Positions 1 through 8,909 of a stretch of 64,000 nt of DNA are shown here, one piece after another; the first letter of the stretch is position 1; the number at the start of each line of letters is the position of its first letter. The notes under the pieces were generated by a model. That model was given only the letters and a program-made list of their open reading frames with translations, ran no database searches and was not told where the DNA came from. Source of the stretch: an uncultured Lachnospiraceae bacterium (GTDB lineage: Bacteria; Bacillota; Clostridia; Lachnospirales; Lachnospiraceae); assembly GCA_910586355.1 (NCBI GenBank), contig CAJUHJ010000001.1, positions 69,615-133,614 of the forward strand, given 5' to 3'. The position numbers and the translations under genes were made by a program.

Positions 1-1
1 A

Positions 2-226
2 ACAACAGACACACAAGACGTAGAAATCACAGAGTCGACCGACACAGAAACACAGGATACCGAAACGGCAGACAACAAAACACAGGATACCGATACGGCA
101 GACAACAAAACAGAGGATACAGAAGCGCAAGAAACCAAGACGTCAGATTCAAAAACGCAGGATACCAAACCGGCAGAACCGTTAGATACGCAATTGCCGG
201 AGGTGAAAGAAGCGTCAACAGAATAG
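2..226 (+). CDS. 3' end of a gene entering from the left; acidic Thr/Asp/Glu-rich low-complexity tail
   Basis: Frame 2 is open from base 2 (TTDTQDVEITESTDTETQDTETADNKTQDTDTADNK...) to TAG at 224-226. Absent from the ORF track because the start lies outside the window. Confidence 0.6.
   Translation, partial: TTDTQDVEITESTDTETQDTETADNKTQDTDTADNKTEDTEAQETKTSDSKTQDTKPAEPLDTQLPEVKEASTE
50..121 (+). repeat. 30-bp coding tandem repeat, about 2.4 copies (TQDTxTADNK)
   Basis: acacaggataccgaaacggcagacaacaaa (50-79), acacaggataccgatacggcagacaacaaa (80-109), partial copy from 110. Confidence 0.8.
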
Positions 227-284
227 GTATCGGACGTTAAAAAGCCGGAATCGAAAGAAAAGGTACAATAAGCCTGATACTCAT

Positions 285-755
285 ATGCCAAGGCAGGTAA
301 AATTACAGAATGGGAAAAAGCTATTCAGTATGTTTGCTGCACTCTTTTTCCTGATTGGAATTTTAGGCGTTTATCCAATACAGATTCCTCTGGAAGGTGA
401 AACAGAAAGCGTATTTATACAGTCTGAAATTCAGACGAAACTGCAGGCTGTGGATATTTTATCAAAAATTGCTGATTTTATAAGCGCTGCAGATTCGGGC
501 GTCATACATTCCATAGTGCAGGATATGGTGCGCCAGACGTCGCTGCTGCTGTTTGCAGCAGTATGGATGATTTATTTTCTGTTTCGCTCTATGGAGCAGA
601 TTTGGGGACCCTATGCGTCGTTAAACAATAAAAGCCTTTGTGTAAATATGACAAATATCCGCCGGAAGAGAAAGGACAATCCGGCGGATCCAAAATACAT
701 ATTTACAGAGCCGGGCGTAGGCTGCCGAATGGCAGAATCGGAATCTTCGGAATGA
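285..755 (+). CDS. hypothetical membrane protein
   Basis: 156-aa ORF with two hydrophobic segments; no clear RBS; 3' end overlaps an opposite-strand ORF. Confidence 0.4.
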   Translation: MPRQVKLQNGKKLFSMFAALFFLIGILGVYPIQIPLEGETESVFIQSEIQTKLQAVDILSKIADFISAADSGVIHSIVQDMVRQTSLLLFAAVWMIYFLFRSMEQIWGPYASLNNKSLCVNMTNIRRKRKDNPADPKYIFTEPGVGCRMAESESSE

Positions 756-871
756 GTATTTTTGCGTGCTTTTCGAATAAAAACCTCATAAATATTCCAT
801 ATGAAGCTTACTGCGAGAATGAGAATACCCGCGACTGCAATAAAATAATCTAATGTGCTGCTTAAGTTCAT
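611..871 (-). CDS. small single-pass membrane protein (hypothetical)
   Basis: 86 aa; N-terminal TM helix (YFIAVAGILILAVSFIW) followed by basic RKARK; GGGGG RBS-like run about 10 nt upstream of ATG. Confidence 0.35.
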   Translation of the reverse strand: MNLSSTLDYFIAVAGILILAVSFIWNIYEVFIRKARKNTHSEDSDSAIRQPTPGSVNMYFGSAGLSFLFRRIFVIFTQRLLLFNDA

Positions 872-882
872 AATATTAATAC

Positions 883-924
883 CCCCTGAGTTATAGTGTT
901 ATCATTATATCTCAGGGGATTTTT
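883..924 (+). terminator. hairpin / putative intrinsic terminator
   Basis: cccctgag (883-890) pairs with ctcagggg (911-918), followed by a T-rich tract. Confidence 0.5.
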
Positions 925-1025
925 ATATGTTCAAAAACACGCAAAAATTCATAGAATATTTGCAGAAAAAATAAAAAAATAACAATTTTTTAGCAAAGAA
1001 GAATTCTTAAATTCATTTCCTGAAT

Positions 1026-1054
1026 TTGACATCCCTTGTATTTGAAGGTATAAT
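1026..1054 (+). promoter_or_regulatory. sigma-A promoter of the polysaccharide locus
   Basis: Perfect TTGACA (1026-1031), 17-bp spacer, TATAAT (1049-1054). Confidence 0.8.
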
Positions 1055-1094
1055 AAAATAATTTCAAGGGGATAAGTACAGTAGAGGATAGAAA

Positions 1095-2045
1095 ATGAAA
1101 TTAACAGCAATTATTCCATGTTATAATGAAGAAGCAGTGCTTCGTATTTTTTATGAAGAAATGAAGCGGGTCATGTCTGAGATGAAAGATACGGAATTTG
1201 AATTGTTGTTTGTCAACGACGGTTCAAAAGACAAAACACTTGCGGTTTTAAAAGAAATGGCGGATTTGGACAATCGGGTGAAATACATTTCGTTTTCAAG
1301 AAATTTTGGAAAAGAAGCCGCGATTTATGCCGGGCTGCAGCATGCAGGCGGAGATTTGACAGTGATTATGGACGCAGATTTACAGGATCCTCCTTCACTG
1401 CTGCCTAAGATGTACCAGGCGATTGTAGAAGAAGGATACGATTCTGTAGCGACAAGAAGGGTGAACCGGAAGGGAGAGCCGCCTATCCGCTCTTTTTTTG
1501 CGCGCCGCTTTTATCGCTTGATGAACCATATTTCAAAAGCGGATATTGTGGATGGCGCGAGGGATTTCCGTATGATGAACCGCAATTTTGTAGATGCGCT
1601 TTTATCAATGGGAGAATATAACCGTTTTTCCAAAGGATTGTTTGGCTGGGTTGGTTATCAGACCAAGTGGCTGGAATATGAAAATGTAGAGCGGGCAGCC
1701 GGGGAGACGAAATGGTCTTTTTGGAAATTATTCTTGTATTCCATCGACGGAATCGTGGCGTTTTCTACCCTTCCGTTGTCAATATCTGCGTTTTTGGGCG
1801 TCTTGATGTGTATATTGGCTGTCTTTGCAATCGTTTTTATCATAATTCGGCAGCTTTTATACGGAGGTTCTGCTTTTGGATGGCCGTCTATGGTCTGTAT
1901 TATGATATTTATCGGGGGAATTCAACTTTTATGTATGGGAATATTAGGCTCGTATCTGGCAAAAACTTATCTTGAAGTAAAAAAACGCCCGATTTATATT
2001 TTGAAAGAGACAAATGTAGAAAATTTTAATGGAGAAGATAAATGA
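1095..2045 (+). CDS. GT2 polyprenol-phosphate glycosyltransferase (GtrB/YkcC-like)
   Basis: IIPCYNEE, VNDGSKD, SRNFGKEAA, MDADLQDPP motifs and two C-terminal TM helices. Confidence 0.9.
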   Translation: MKLTAIIPCYNEEAVLRIFYEEMKRVMSEMKDTEFELLFVNDGSKDKTLAVLKEMADLDNRVKYISFSRNFGKEAAIYAGLQHAGGDLTVIMDADLQDPPSLLPKMYQAIVEEGYDSVATRRVNRKGEPPIRSFFARRFYRLMNHISKADIVDGARDFRMMNRNFVDALLSMGEYNRFSKGLFGWVGYQTKWLEYENVERAAGETKWSFWKLFLYSIDGIVAFSTLPLSISAFLGVLMCILAVFAIVFIIIRQLLYGGSAFGWPSMVCIMIFIGGIQLLCMGILGSYLAKTYLEVKKRPIYILKETNVENFNGEDK

Positions 2046-2566
2046 TAGGAATAGGAGCAGTCTTGTGGAATTGGACAAAAGCGGCTGCACTTTGGGTTTT
2101 TGGGATTTTCTGCCGGATACTGCATATAGAACGGACGAAAAAGGCGGACGAGGCATTTTTGCAGTTTGTAAAGTTTGGGATTGTAGGCGTCAGCAATACA
2201 GTTGTGCATTACGGCATTTATGCAGCAAGCCTTATGTCGATACAGTCAGCCGGATTGTTTGAAAAATGGGATTATATCATAGCGACTGCGGCTGCATTTT
2301 TCATAAGTGTATTATGGTCCTTTTTCTGGAATAATAAGTTTGTGTTTACAATGGAAGAAGGGGAACGCCGCTCGCTTTTTCCGGCGCTTATTAAGACATA
2401 TGTATCTTATTCGTTTACGGGATTGTTTTTAAACAGTCTTTTGATGTTCTTATGGGTGCGGGTGTTTCATATATCGGAGTATCTTGCGCCGATATTTAAT
2501 CTTTTGATTAGTGTTCCTATTAATTTTCTAATCAATAAATTTTGGGCGTTTAAAAAAGAAAGGTAA
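2042..2566 (+). CDS. GtrA family small flippase
   Basis: QFVKFGIVGVSNT...SFFWNNKFVF...NFLINKFWAF pattern; overlaps the upstream stop codon. Confidence 0.85.
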   Translation: MIGIGAVLWNWTKAAALWVFGIFCRILHIERTKKADEAFLQFVKFGIVGVSNTVVHYGIYAASLMSIQSAGLFEKWDYIIATAAAFFISVLWSFFWNNKFVFTMEEGERRSLFPALIKTYVSYSFTGLFLNSLLMFLWVRVFHISEYLAPIFNLLISVPINFLINKFWAFKKER

Positions 2567-2572
2567 TAGAAC

Positions 2573-3607
2573 ATGATAAAAAGTATGGCATTGATTGCAG
2601 TAGTATTGGGAGTAGTTCCGTTTTTACTTGGGCTTTTATTTACGAGATTTGTAGAAGAGGAAAAAAATAATCTGTTGTTGCATATGGCGTCCGGCTATAT
2701 GATAATGTTTGGATTATTTGAAGTGATTGCCTTGCCGTTAATCTGGCAGAGGCAGTCGTTGTCCCTGCTGATTGGGATTTATGGAAGTATGTTGATTGTA
2801 TTGTCAGTGGTATCGTTCATTTGGAACTTTAAAAGGCTGCCGGAAATTTTAAAACAGGCGGTTGACGCCGTTAGGCATTTTACGTTTTGTATTTGGGCGC
2901 AGTTTGCTGTGATAGCCGGGCAAGTCTTAATTTATAGCCGGTATCAGTATGCAAATGCGGACGATTCGTTTTATGTGGCTGCTGCGACGACGGCGCTTTC
3001 TACGGATACGATATTGGCGTATAAACCCTATACGGGAGTCCTTTATGAACATCTGCCGTCAAGATATGTGCTGTCGCCAATTTATGCGTTTACGGCGGTC
3101 GTTAGTAAAGTGACGGATACGCATCCGGCCATTTTGACTCATTCTGTGTTTATGATTTTATTTTTATTGCTTTCGTATACCGTTTATGCGCTGCTTGGGC
3201 GGGCTTTATTTTCTAATGACATGGAGAAAACAGGTTATTTTCTAGTATTGGTATCGGCGTTAAATATTTTTGCTGCGTATAGTGAACAGACAAGCGGATT
3301 GTTTCTTTTGGTCCGTCTCTGGCAGGGAAAGGCGATTCTTGCCGGAATTTTACTTCCGATGATTTTATACTTGGGGATACGGATTTTTTTGCTGGAGGGG
3401 AAACGTGCGGACTGGATATTATTAACTGTCGTCTTATGTGCCTGCTGTATGGTGTCGTCAATGGGAATTATGCTTGGGGCGATTACGCTTGGCATACTTG
3501 GAATTTTGTTCGCGTGGCGTCAGAAAAGTATCCGTCTGTTAATGTATTCGGCTCTCTGCTGTCTGCCGAACCTGCTTTGCGCTTTTATTTATCTGGTAAT
3601 TCGATAG
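2573..3607 (+). CDS. polytopic membrane protein, DUF6077-like (probable GT-C-type N-terminal part)
   Basis: Many TM segments; DDSFY acidic loop motif after a TM helix; RLWQGKA motif. Confidence 0.65.
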   Translation: MIKSMALIAVVLGVVPFLLGLLFTRFVEEEKNNLLLHMASGYMIMFGLFEVIALPLIWQRQSLSLLIGIYGSMLIVLSVVSFIWNFKRLPEILKQAVDAVRHFTFCIWAQFAVIAGQVLIYSRYQYANADDSFYVAAATTALSTDTILAYKPYTGVLYEHLPSRYVLSPIYAFTAVVSKVTDTHPAILTHSVFMILFLLLSYTVYALLGRALFSNDMEKTGYFLVLVSALNIFAAYSEQTSGLFLLVRLWQGKAILAGILLPMILYLGIRIFLLEGKRADWILLTVVLCACCMVSSMGIMLGAITLGILGILFAWRQKSIRLLMYSALCCLPNLLCAFIYLVIR

Positions 3608-3617
3608 GAGGTCTGGT

Positions 3618-5210
3618 TTGAGAGAAACATTTCATGTAGTCATGTCAATGTATGATTCCTACAACGGTACTGGTATGCAGTTTGCGCTTTGTTTTGCCTG
3701 CCTGATATATCTGATAATTTACAAAAAAGAAAAAGAAAAACGATTTTTGTTTTTGGGATATACACTGCTGTTTTTTATTATTTGCTTTTTTCCTGTTACA
3801 GCCAAAATTATTATGCGGGTGTGTATTGGGGAAGAAGTATACTGGCGAATGTTCTGGCTGCTGCCGTCGACGGTCATTATTGCATATACGGCGGTTGTTA
3901 TTTTAATGCAGCTGGAAGGAAAGATAAAAAGGCATTTGATGCTTACTATCATGCTGCTTGTAATTGTGATGACCGGTACAAACGTATACAACAGCACAGT
4001 TTTTGAGCATAAGCAAAATCACTATAATCTGCCGCAGGCAACCGTAAATATTTGTGATATGGTAGAACAGGATGCAAAGGCAAATGGAATTACCCATAAG
4101 AAACTGATTACAGTCAATGAGCTTTTATCTTCCATCCGCCAGTATGATGCAGATATTTTACAGCCTTATGGATATGACGTGCTCCGTGGGGACAAGACGG
4201 AGACAGAAGCTGCGTTTCAGATATACAGGATTATGAGCGGCGGAGAGAAAAACTGGGAGGCGCTTAGCTGGTACGCGGCGTTAGACGACTGCAATTATCT
4301 GGCTTATCCGGCCGCGGAAGGCGTCATTGAAGAGCTTTTGGACAGTGGATTTGAGATTGTCGGGGCAAATGAAGAATATCATATTTACCGTCGGGACAAT
4401 GTGAAAGACAGGTATGAAGGAGAATGGCTGATTACACAGTATGGATCGCCTGAAGGACAACAGCTGATGTTTTATACTATGCAGGATTCAAAAGGGCACT
4501 TAATCGTAGTCGATGGAGGCTGGACAAGCGACGCTGAATATGTTAAAGCAACAATCAAAGGACTTGGCAAGCATGTCGACGCATGGATTCTGACACATCC
4601 GCACCAGGATCATTTGGGCGCTTTTACGGAAATATATAAAGATTTGGGAAAAATAAAAATAGATAAAGTCTATGCCGTAGATATGGCGGAACCGAAAGAC
4701 TGCCTAAATTCGGCACCGTGGGATGAGACTGCTGTATATGAAGAATTTAAAAAGCTGGATATTCCGCAGCTTACGTATGTACATGCAGGAGATACTTTTG
4801 AAGTAGAAGGACTTGCGTTTGAGGTGCTAAATGCGTATGATGGTTATGTAAAAGATTTATCCAAAGATTTACTCAATGACGGATCAATGATGTTTCGGGT
4901 TACAGCAAAAGAAGAATCTATGCTTTTTTGTGCAGATGTGGGACAAAATATGAGTGATTATCTGTTAAAGACATACGGCGATGCGCTAAAATCGGATTAT
5001 ATTCAGATGGGACATCATGGAAATGGTGGATTAAAAAGTGATTTTTACGAGATGGTGGAAGCGAAGGGCGCATTTTTCGATGCGCCGGACTGGTTGATGA
5101 ATGATACAAGCGGGCGGTATTCAACTATGAAAAACACGTATCTTATGGCGTCGGCAGGCGCTAAAATTTACAGTTTTTCGACAACTCCGAATCAGATTGT
5201 ATTGAAATAA
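3618..5210 (+). CDS. membrane protein fused to a ComEC-like metallo-beta-lactamase-fold hydrolase
   Basis: N-terminal TMs with YWRMFWLLP; C-terminal VVDGG, THPHQDH (HxHxDH), NDGS, QMGHHG. TTG start with GGAGG RBS. Confidence 0.75.
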   Translation: MRETFHVVMSMYDSYNGTGMQFALCFACLIYLIIYKKEKEKRFLFLGYTLLFFIICFFPVTAKIIMRVCIGEEVYWRMFWLLPSTVIIAYTAVVILMQLEGKIKRHLMLTIMLLVIVMTGTNVYNSTVFEHKQNHYNLPQATVNICDMVEQDAKANGITHKKLITVNELLSSIRQYDADILQPYGYDVLRGDKTETEAAFQIYRIMSGGEKNWEALSWYAALDDCNYLAYPAAEGVIEELLDSGFEIVGANEEYHIYRRDNVKDRYEGEWLITQYGSPEGQQLMFYTMQDSKGHLIVVDGGWTSDAEYVKATIKGLGKHVDAWILTHPHQDHLGAFTEIYKDLGKIKIDKVYAVDMAEPKDCLNSAPWDETAVYEEFKKLDIPQLTYVHAGDTFEVEGLAFEVLNAYDGYVKDLSKDLLNDGSMMFRVTAKEESMLFCADVGQNMSDYLLKTYGDALKSDYIQMGHHGNGGLKSDFYEMVEAKGAFFDAPDWLMNDTSGRYSTMKNTYLMASAGAKIYSFSTTPNQIVLK

Positions 5211-5225
5211 GCAAAGGAGAACGTT

Positions 5226-7019
5226 ATGTTACACGGAACAATTGTTGGGACAATATGTTATCCCGCAGCGCTGACTGCGTGTGTGGTGAACTTATACCGA
5301 TTCCGGAAATCCCATAAACCTTTGAATGGATTTGTATGGCTGATGGTATCTTTTTTGTCAGCTATCTGTATGGGCAGTATCTGCGCAGGTATTTTGAGTC
5401 CGCTTCATATTCCGGTGAATGTTTATTCTATGGCCGCCATATATGCGCTTTTGGCGCTGGGCATGGCTGTTTTGATTCGAAAAGAGGGAATGGTACAGGA
5501 ATATGTCTGGGAAAAATATGACGCTGTTATTTTTGTGTTGGTAACTGTTGTTGTGGCTGCAATCAGTATCAAGATATTTTCACCGCAGCTTACTTACAGC
5601 TACTATAACAGCGACGCGGGGCTGCATTTAAAGGAAGCTACGGAAATCGTGCGTTCGCAGCAGGTTACCAAAATGTATTTTCTGCATCTGCAGAATGCAA
5701 TGATTATTGAAATGATACAGCCGTTTGTGCGGATTGCAGACTGGTATAAAGGATATATTTTGGGCGATTGTTTTTTTCTCTGGGTGGAAAGCCTGTTCTT
5801 TGCCGCGTTAATCCGCCGGTATGCCAAAACAAAGGCCTCTAAGACTGCGGCAGTGATTCTTCTTGCCGGATATTTTATGGGGTATCCATTTTTTAGTTAT
5901 TACTATTCTTTTGGTTATTGGGCAGTCGGCAGTATGTTTGTCGGGTTTTTGGCAATGGTTATGCAGTTTTATGAAGAAGCGCAGGTGGAACGCAAGATTA
6001 CAGTATTCCTTCTGATGTTAGGCTGTTTTGGCGTTATGACAAGTTATATGATGTTTGCGCCTGTGGCATTTCTTACGGTTTTTATATATCTGGTGATTGT
6101 TGCAAAGAGAGAAGGAAAGGTTTTTACACGCAGAAATCTATTGCTTGCATTTGAGGTGTTTTTGCTTCCCGTTGTAATGGGATTTTTCTACTGTATGTAT
6201 GGTTTCTTTATTTCTTCCGGGACAAGTATTTCAGGGGCGCTTAGTAATCCGGGCGGAATTTATACAGAACTGTATATGGATTTCTTTTGGACAATTTTTC
6301 CGGTGCTTTATGTATTGGTTTATACATTGAAAAGGCGGAAGTTTACGCCGGAAACTTTATTTTTCTGCGCATTTTTTGGGTTTACGGGGATAATGCTTTT
6401 GTTGACGCTGACCCATCACGTTTCTACCTATTACTATTATAAAACATATTATCCGTTGTGGATGTTCTGCTGGTTTTTGGCGGCGAAAGCAGTTTCTATT
6501 ATGCTTCAGGAAGCAAAGGAGACGCTGGCGGCGTACAGCTTGATGGTTGCGTTGTTTGCGGCGCTTTGTTTTGGTAAAATTGAGTATAAGATTGTAACTT
6601 CTACGGAGAAAATTACGGGCGCCATGCACAGTACGGCGTATTTTACACTGTATCAGCAGAATTGGTCGTTTATTAAGGGGGAGCATGTAGGGCTTAAGGA
6701 TAATGTGTTTGATTTGTTTCAATATGTAGAGGACAATCTTTCTGGTGAAAAGATGGTTCCGCTTATGACGGAAACAAATGATTATGGGCATACGTATTTG
6801 TATGAAGGCGCCAGCGGATATGATTTTCCGGATTTTTATGAGTGGAGGCATACGACGGAAGATGTGCGTCAGGCGTATTATGACTGGGAGATTCATTATA
6901 CTGTTATGATGAAAGGCACACAGTTTGAGAAAGAACATGGAAAAGCGGTGCTATCAGAGGATAATGTAGAAATTATCTTTGAAAATGAAGCGGGTTATGT
7001 ATTGAAAATTGATTTGTGA
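5226..7019 (+). CDS. polytopic membrane protein (possible GT-C or polymerase)
   Basis: 597 aa, many hydrophobic segments, SDAGLH loop motif, located in a glycan locus. Confidence 0.6.
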   Translation: MLHGTIVGTICYPAALTACVVNLYRFRKSHKPLNGFVWLMVSFLSAICMGSICAGILSPLHIPVNVYSMAAIYALLALGMAVLIRKEGMVQEYVWEKYDAVIFVLVTVVVAAISIKIFSPQLTYSYYNSDAGLHLKEATEIVRSQQVTKMYFLHLQNAMIIEMIQPFVRIADWYKGYILGDCFFLWVESLFFAALIRRYAKTKASKTAAVILLAGYFMGYPFFSYYYSFGYWAVGSMFVGFLAMVMQFYEEAQVERKITVFLLMLGCFGVMTSYMMFAPVAFLTVFIYLVIVAKREGKVFTRRNLLLAFEVFLLPVVMGFFYCMYGFFISSGTSISGALSNPGGIYTELYMDFFWTIFPVLYVLVYTLKRRKFTPETLFFCAFFGFTGIMLLLTLTHHVSTYYYYKTYYPLWMFCWFLAAKAVSIMLQEAKETLAAYSLMVALFAALCFGKIEYKIVTSTEKITGAMHSTAYFTLYQQNWSFIKGEHVGLKDNVFDLFQYVEDNLSGEKMVPLMTETNDYGHTYLYEGASGYDFPDFYEWRHTTEDVRQAYYDWEIHYTVMMKGTQFEKEHGKAVLSEDNVEIIFENEAGYVLKIDL

Positions 7020-8899
7020 AAATGAGGTTTATGCAGATGGCGCTAGATCAAGCAATGCGAAAGCAGATGGAGCAGGAAAAACAAAATATTTCTACTGAGT
7101 TAGGCGATATGAGGAAGTTTCTTGCCTATACCCATGACGATGGACCGGATGATGTAGAAAAAGAGCCAGAACGGCATGGAATACGAAAGTTAAAAGGAAC
7201 TCCTGTATGGACGGCGTTATATCCGGCCAGAAAAGGGTATCAGGCGGTAAAATTTCTTCATCAAAACGGAGTGTTGGGCGTCTGGCAAAAGGCAGAACAT
7301 GCAATAGAGAATAATCGTTTGCAAAGGAGAAAGGAAGCAAGGAAGTATTTGACAAAGATTATGCCGACGGAAGAAGAAAAGATGCGGCAAAGAACAAGGG
7401 TATTTCGTGAGGACATTAAAATTAGTGTCTTAGTGCCTTTGTATAATACTCCAGAGCAGTTTCTTAGGGATATGATTACATCTGTTACAGAACAGACGTA
7501 CCAGAATTGGGAACTTTGTCTGGCAGATGCGTCGGACGCGGCGTATGGAACTGTTGCAGAGGTTGTCAGGGAATATGCAGACAGGGATTCTCGGATAGTA
7601 TATCAAAAATTAGAGAAGAATTTTGGTATTTCAGAGAATACGAATTGCTGTATCCGTATGGCAACAGGGACGTATCTGGCATTATTCGACCATGACGATA
7701 TGCTGCATCCGTCTGCGTTATATGAATGTGCAAAGGTTATTGAAGAAAATGGCGCCCAATTTGTTTATACGGATGAAGTGACGTTTGAAGGCAGTTCGCT
7801 CGAAAATATTATTACGTATCATTTTAAACCTGATTTTTCCGTAGACAATTTAAGAGGAGTCAATTATATTTGTCATTTAAGCGTTTTTCGGAAAGAGCTG
7901 GTAGATCAGGTCGGTATGTTTCGTCCGGAATATGATGGAAGCCAGGACCATGATATCATTATGCGCCTGACAGATGCGGCAGAAATTGTCTGCCATATTC
8001 CCAAAGTGCTTTATTTTTGGAGGTGCCATGCCCAGTCTACTTCCATGAACTTAGACTCCAAATCATATGCGATTGCTGCGGGGAGGAATGCAGTCAGAGA
8101 TGCGGAATTGCGCAGAGGCTATCCGGCTAAAGTGCACAGCGCGCAGATTTGCAAGACGCACTACCGTATGAAGTATGAAATTGGGAAACCCAAAATTTCT
8201 GTTATAATAGATGGAAGCGGAAAAAGCAAATCAAGCGCTGCATATACGGCAGCGGGGGTGGAAAAGTGTTCTTCTTATCCATGTTATGAGCTGTTTTATG
8301 CAGCTTCACAAAAAGAGATTACGGGAATATTAGAACAGTCGGATGGAGAATATGTTTTGATTCTTGCGGCAGGAATCCTTCCGTTGACTCCGACATTTTT
8401 GGAAGAACTTTTGATGTTTATCCAGCGCAAAGATGTTGGTATGGCGGGTATGCAGATATTAGATGATAAGGATCTTATATTTAGTTCGGATATTGTCATT
8501 GGAAATGGGGCAGGTCATCTGGCGTTAGAAGTAAACCGGGGACAGCGTTACGATGCGCCGGGGTATATGGGCAGAAATTATTATGCGCATAATGTATCTG
8601 CGGTGTCCGGTTTTGCATGTATGGCAAAGAGAAAAGAGCTGCTGTCGCTCTGGGCTAAAGGAAAGACAAAGTCTGTATCCGCACGAATATTGGAAGTGTG
8701 TTTTTTGCTGAGGCAAAAGGGAAAGCAGATTGTGTTAAATCCATATGCGCTCTGCAGAATGTCAGAGACCGACAGCCGGGAAATACTTTTAGAGACCGAC
8801 AGGCATATTTTGATGGAAACGTATCAAGAACAGATTTTGGCAGGAGATTCGTTTTACAATAAGAATCTTTCATTAGAAAATTATTGGCGGAAGAAATAG
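7016..8899 (+). CDS. GT2 glycosyltransferase, two GT2-like domains
   Basis: ISVLVPLYNT, LCLADAS, LFDHDD, YTDE, FKPDFS, GSQDHD motifs. Confidence 0.85.
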   Translation: MKMRFMQMALDQAMRKQMEQEKQNISTELGDMRKFLAYTHDDGPDDVEKEPERHGIRKLKGTPVWTALYPARKGYQAVKFLHQNGVLGVWQKAEHAIENNRLQRRKEARKYLTKIMPTEEEKMRQRTRVFREDIKISVLVPLYNTPEQFLRDMITSVTEQTYQNWELCLADASDAAYGTVAEVVREYADRDSRIVYQKLEKNFGISENTNCCIRMATGTYLALFDHDDMLHPSALYECAKVIEENGAQFVYTDEVTFEGSSLENIITYHFKPDFSVDNLRGVNYICHLSVFRKELVDQVGMFRPEYDGSQDHDIIMRLTDAAEIVCHIPKVLYFWRCHAQSTSMNLDSKSYAIAAGRNAVRDAELRRGYPAKVHSAQICKTHYRMKYEIGKPKISVIIDGSGKSKSSAAYTAAGVEKCSSYPCYELFYAASQKEITGILEQSDGEYVLILAAGILPLTPTFLEELLMFIQRKDVGMAGMQILDDKDLIFSSDIVIGNGAGHLALEVNRGQRYDAPGYMGRNYYAHNVSAVSGFACMAKRKELLSLWAKGKTKSVSARILEVCFLLRQKGKQIVLNPYALCRMSETDSREILLETDRHILMETYQEQILAGDSFYNKNLSLENYWRKK

Positions 8900-8909
8900 G
8901 AGAGATGGT

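Noticed and set aside
27..218. Minus-strand 63-aa ORF with Cys repeats
   Set aside because: Antisense shadow of the 30-bp repeat in the plus-strand acidic tail.
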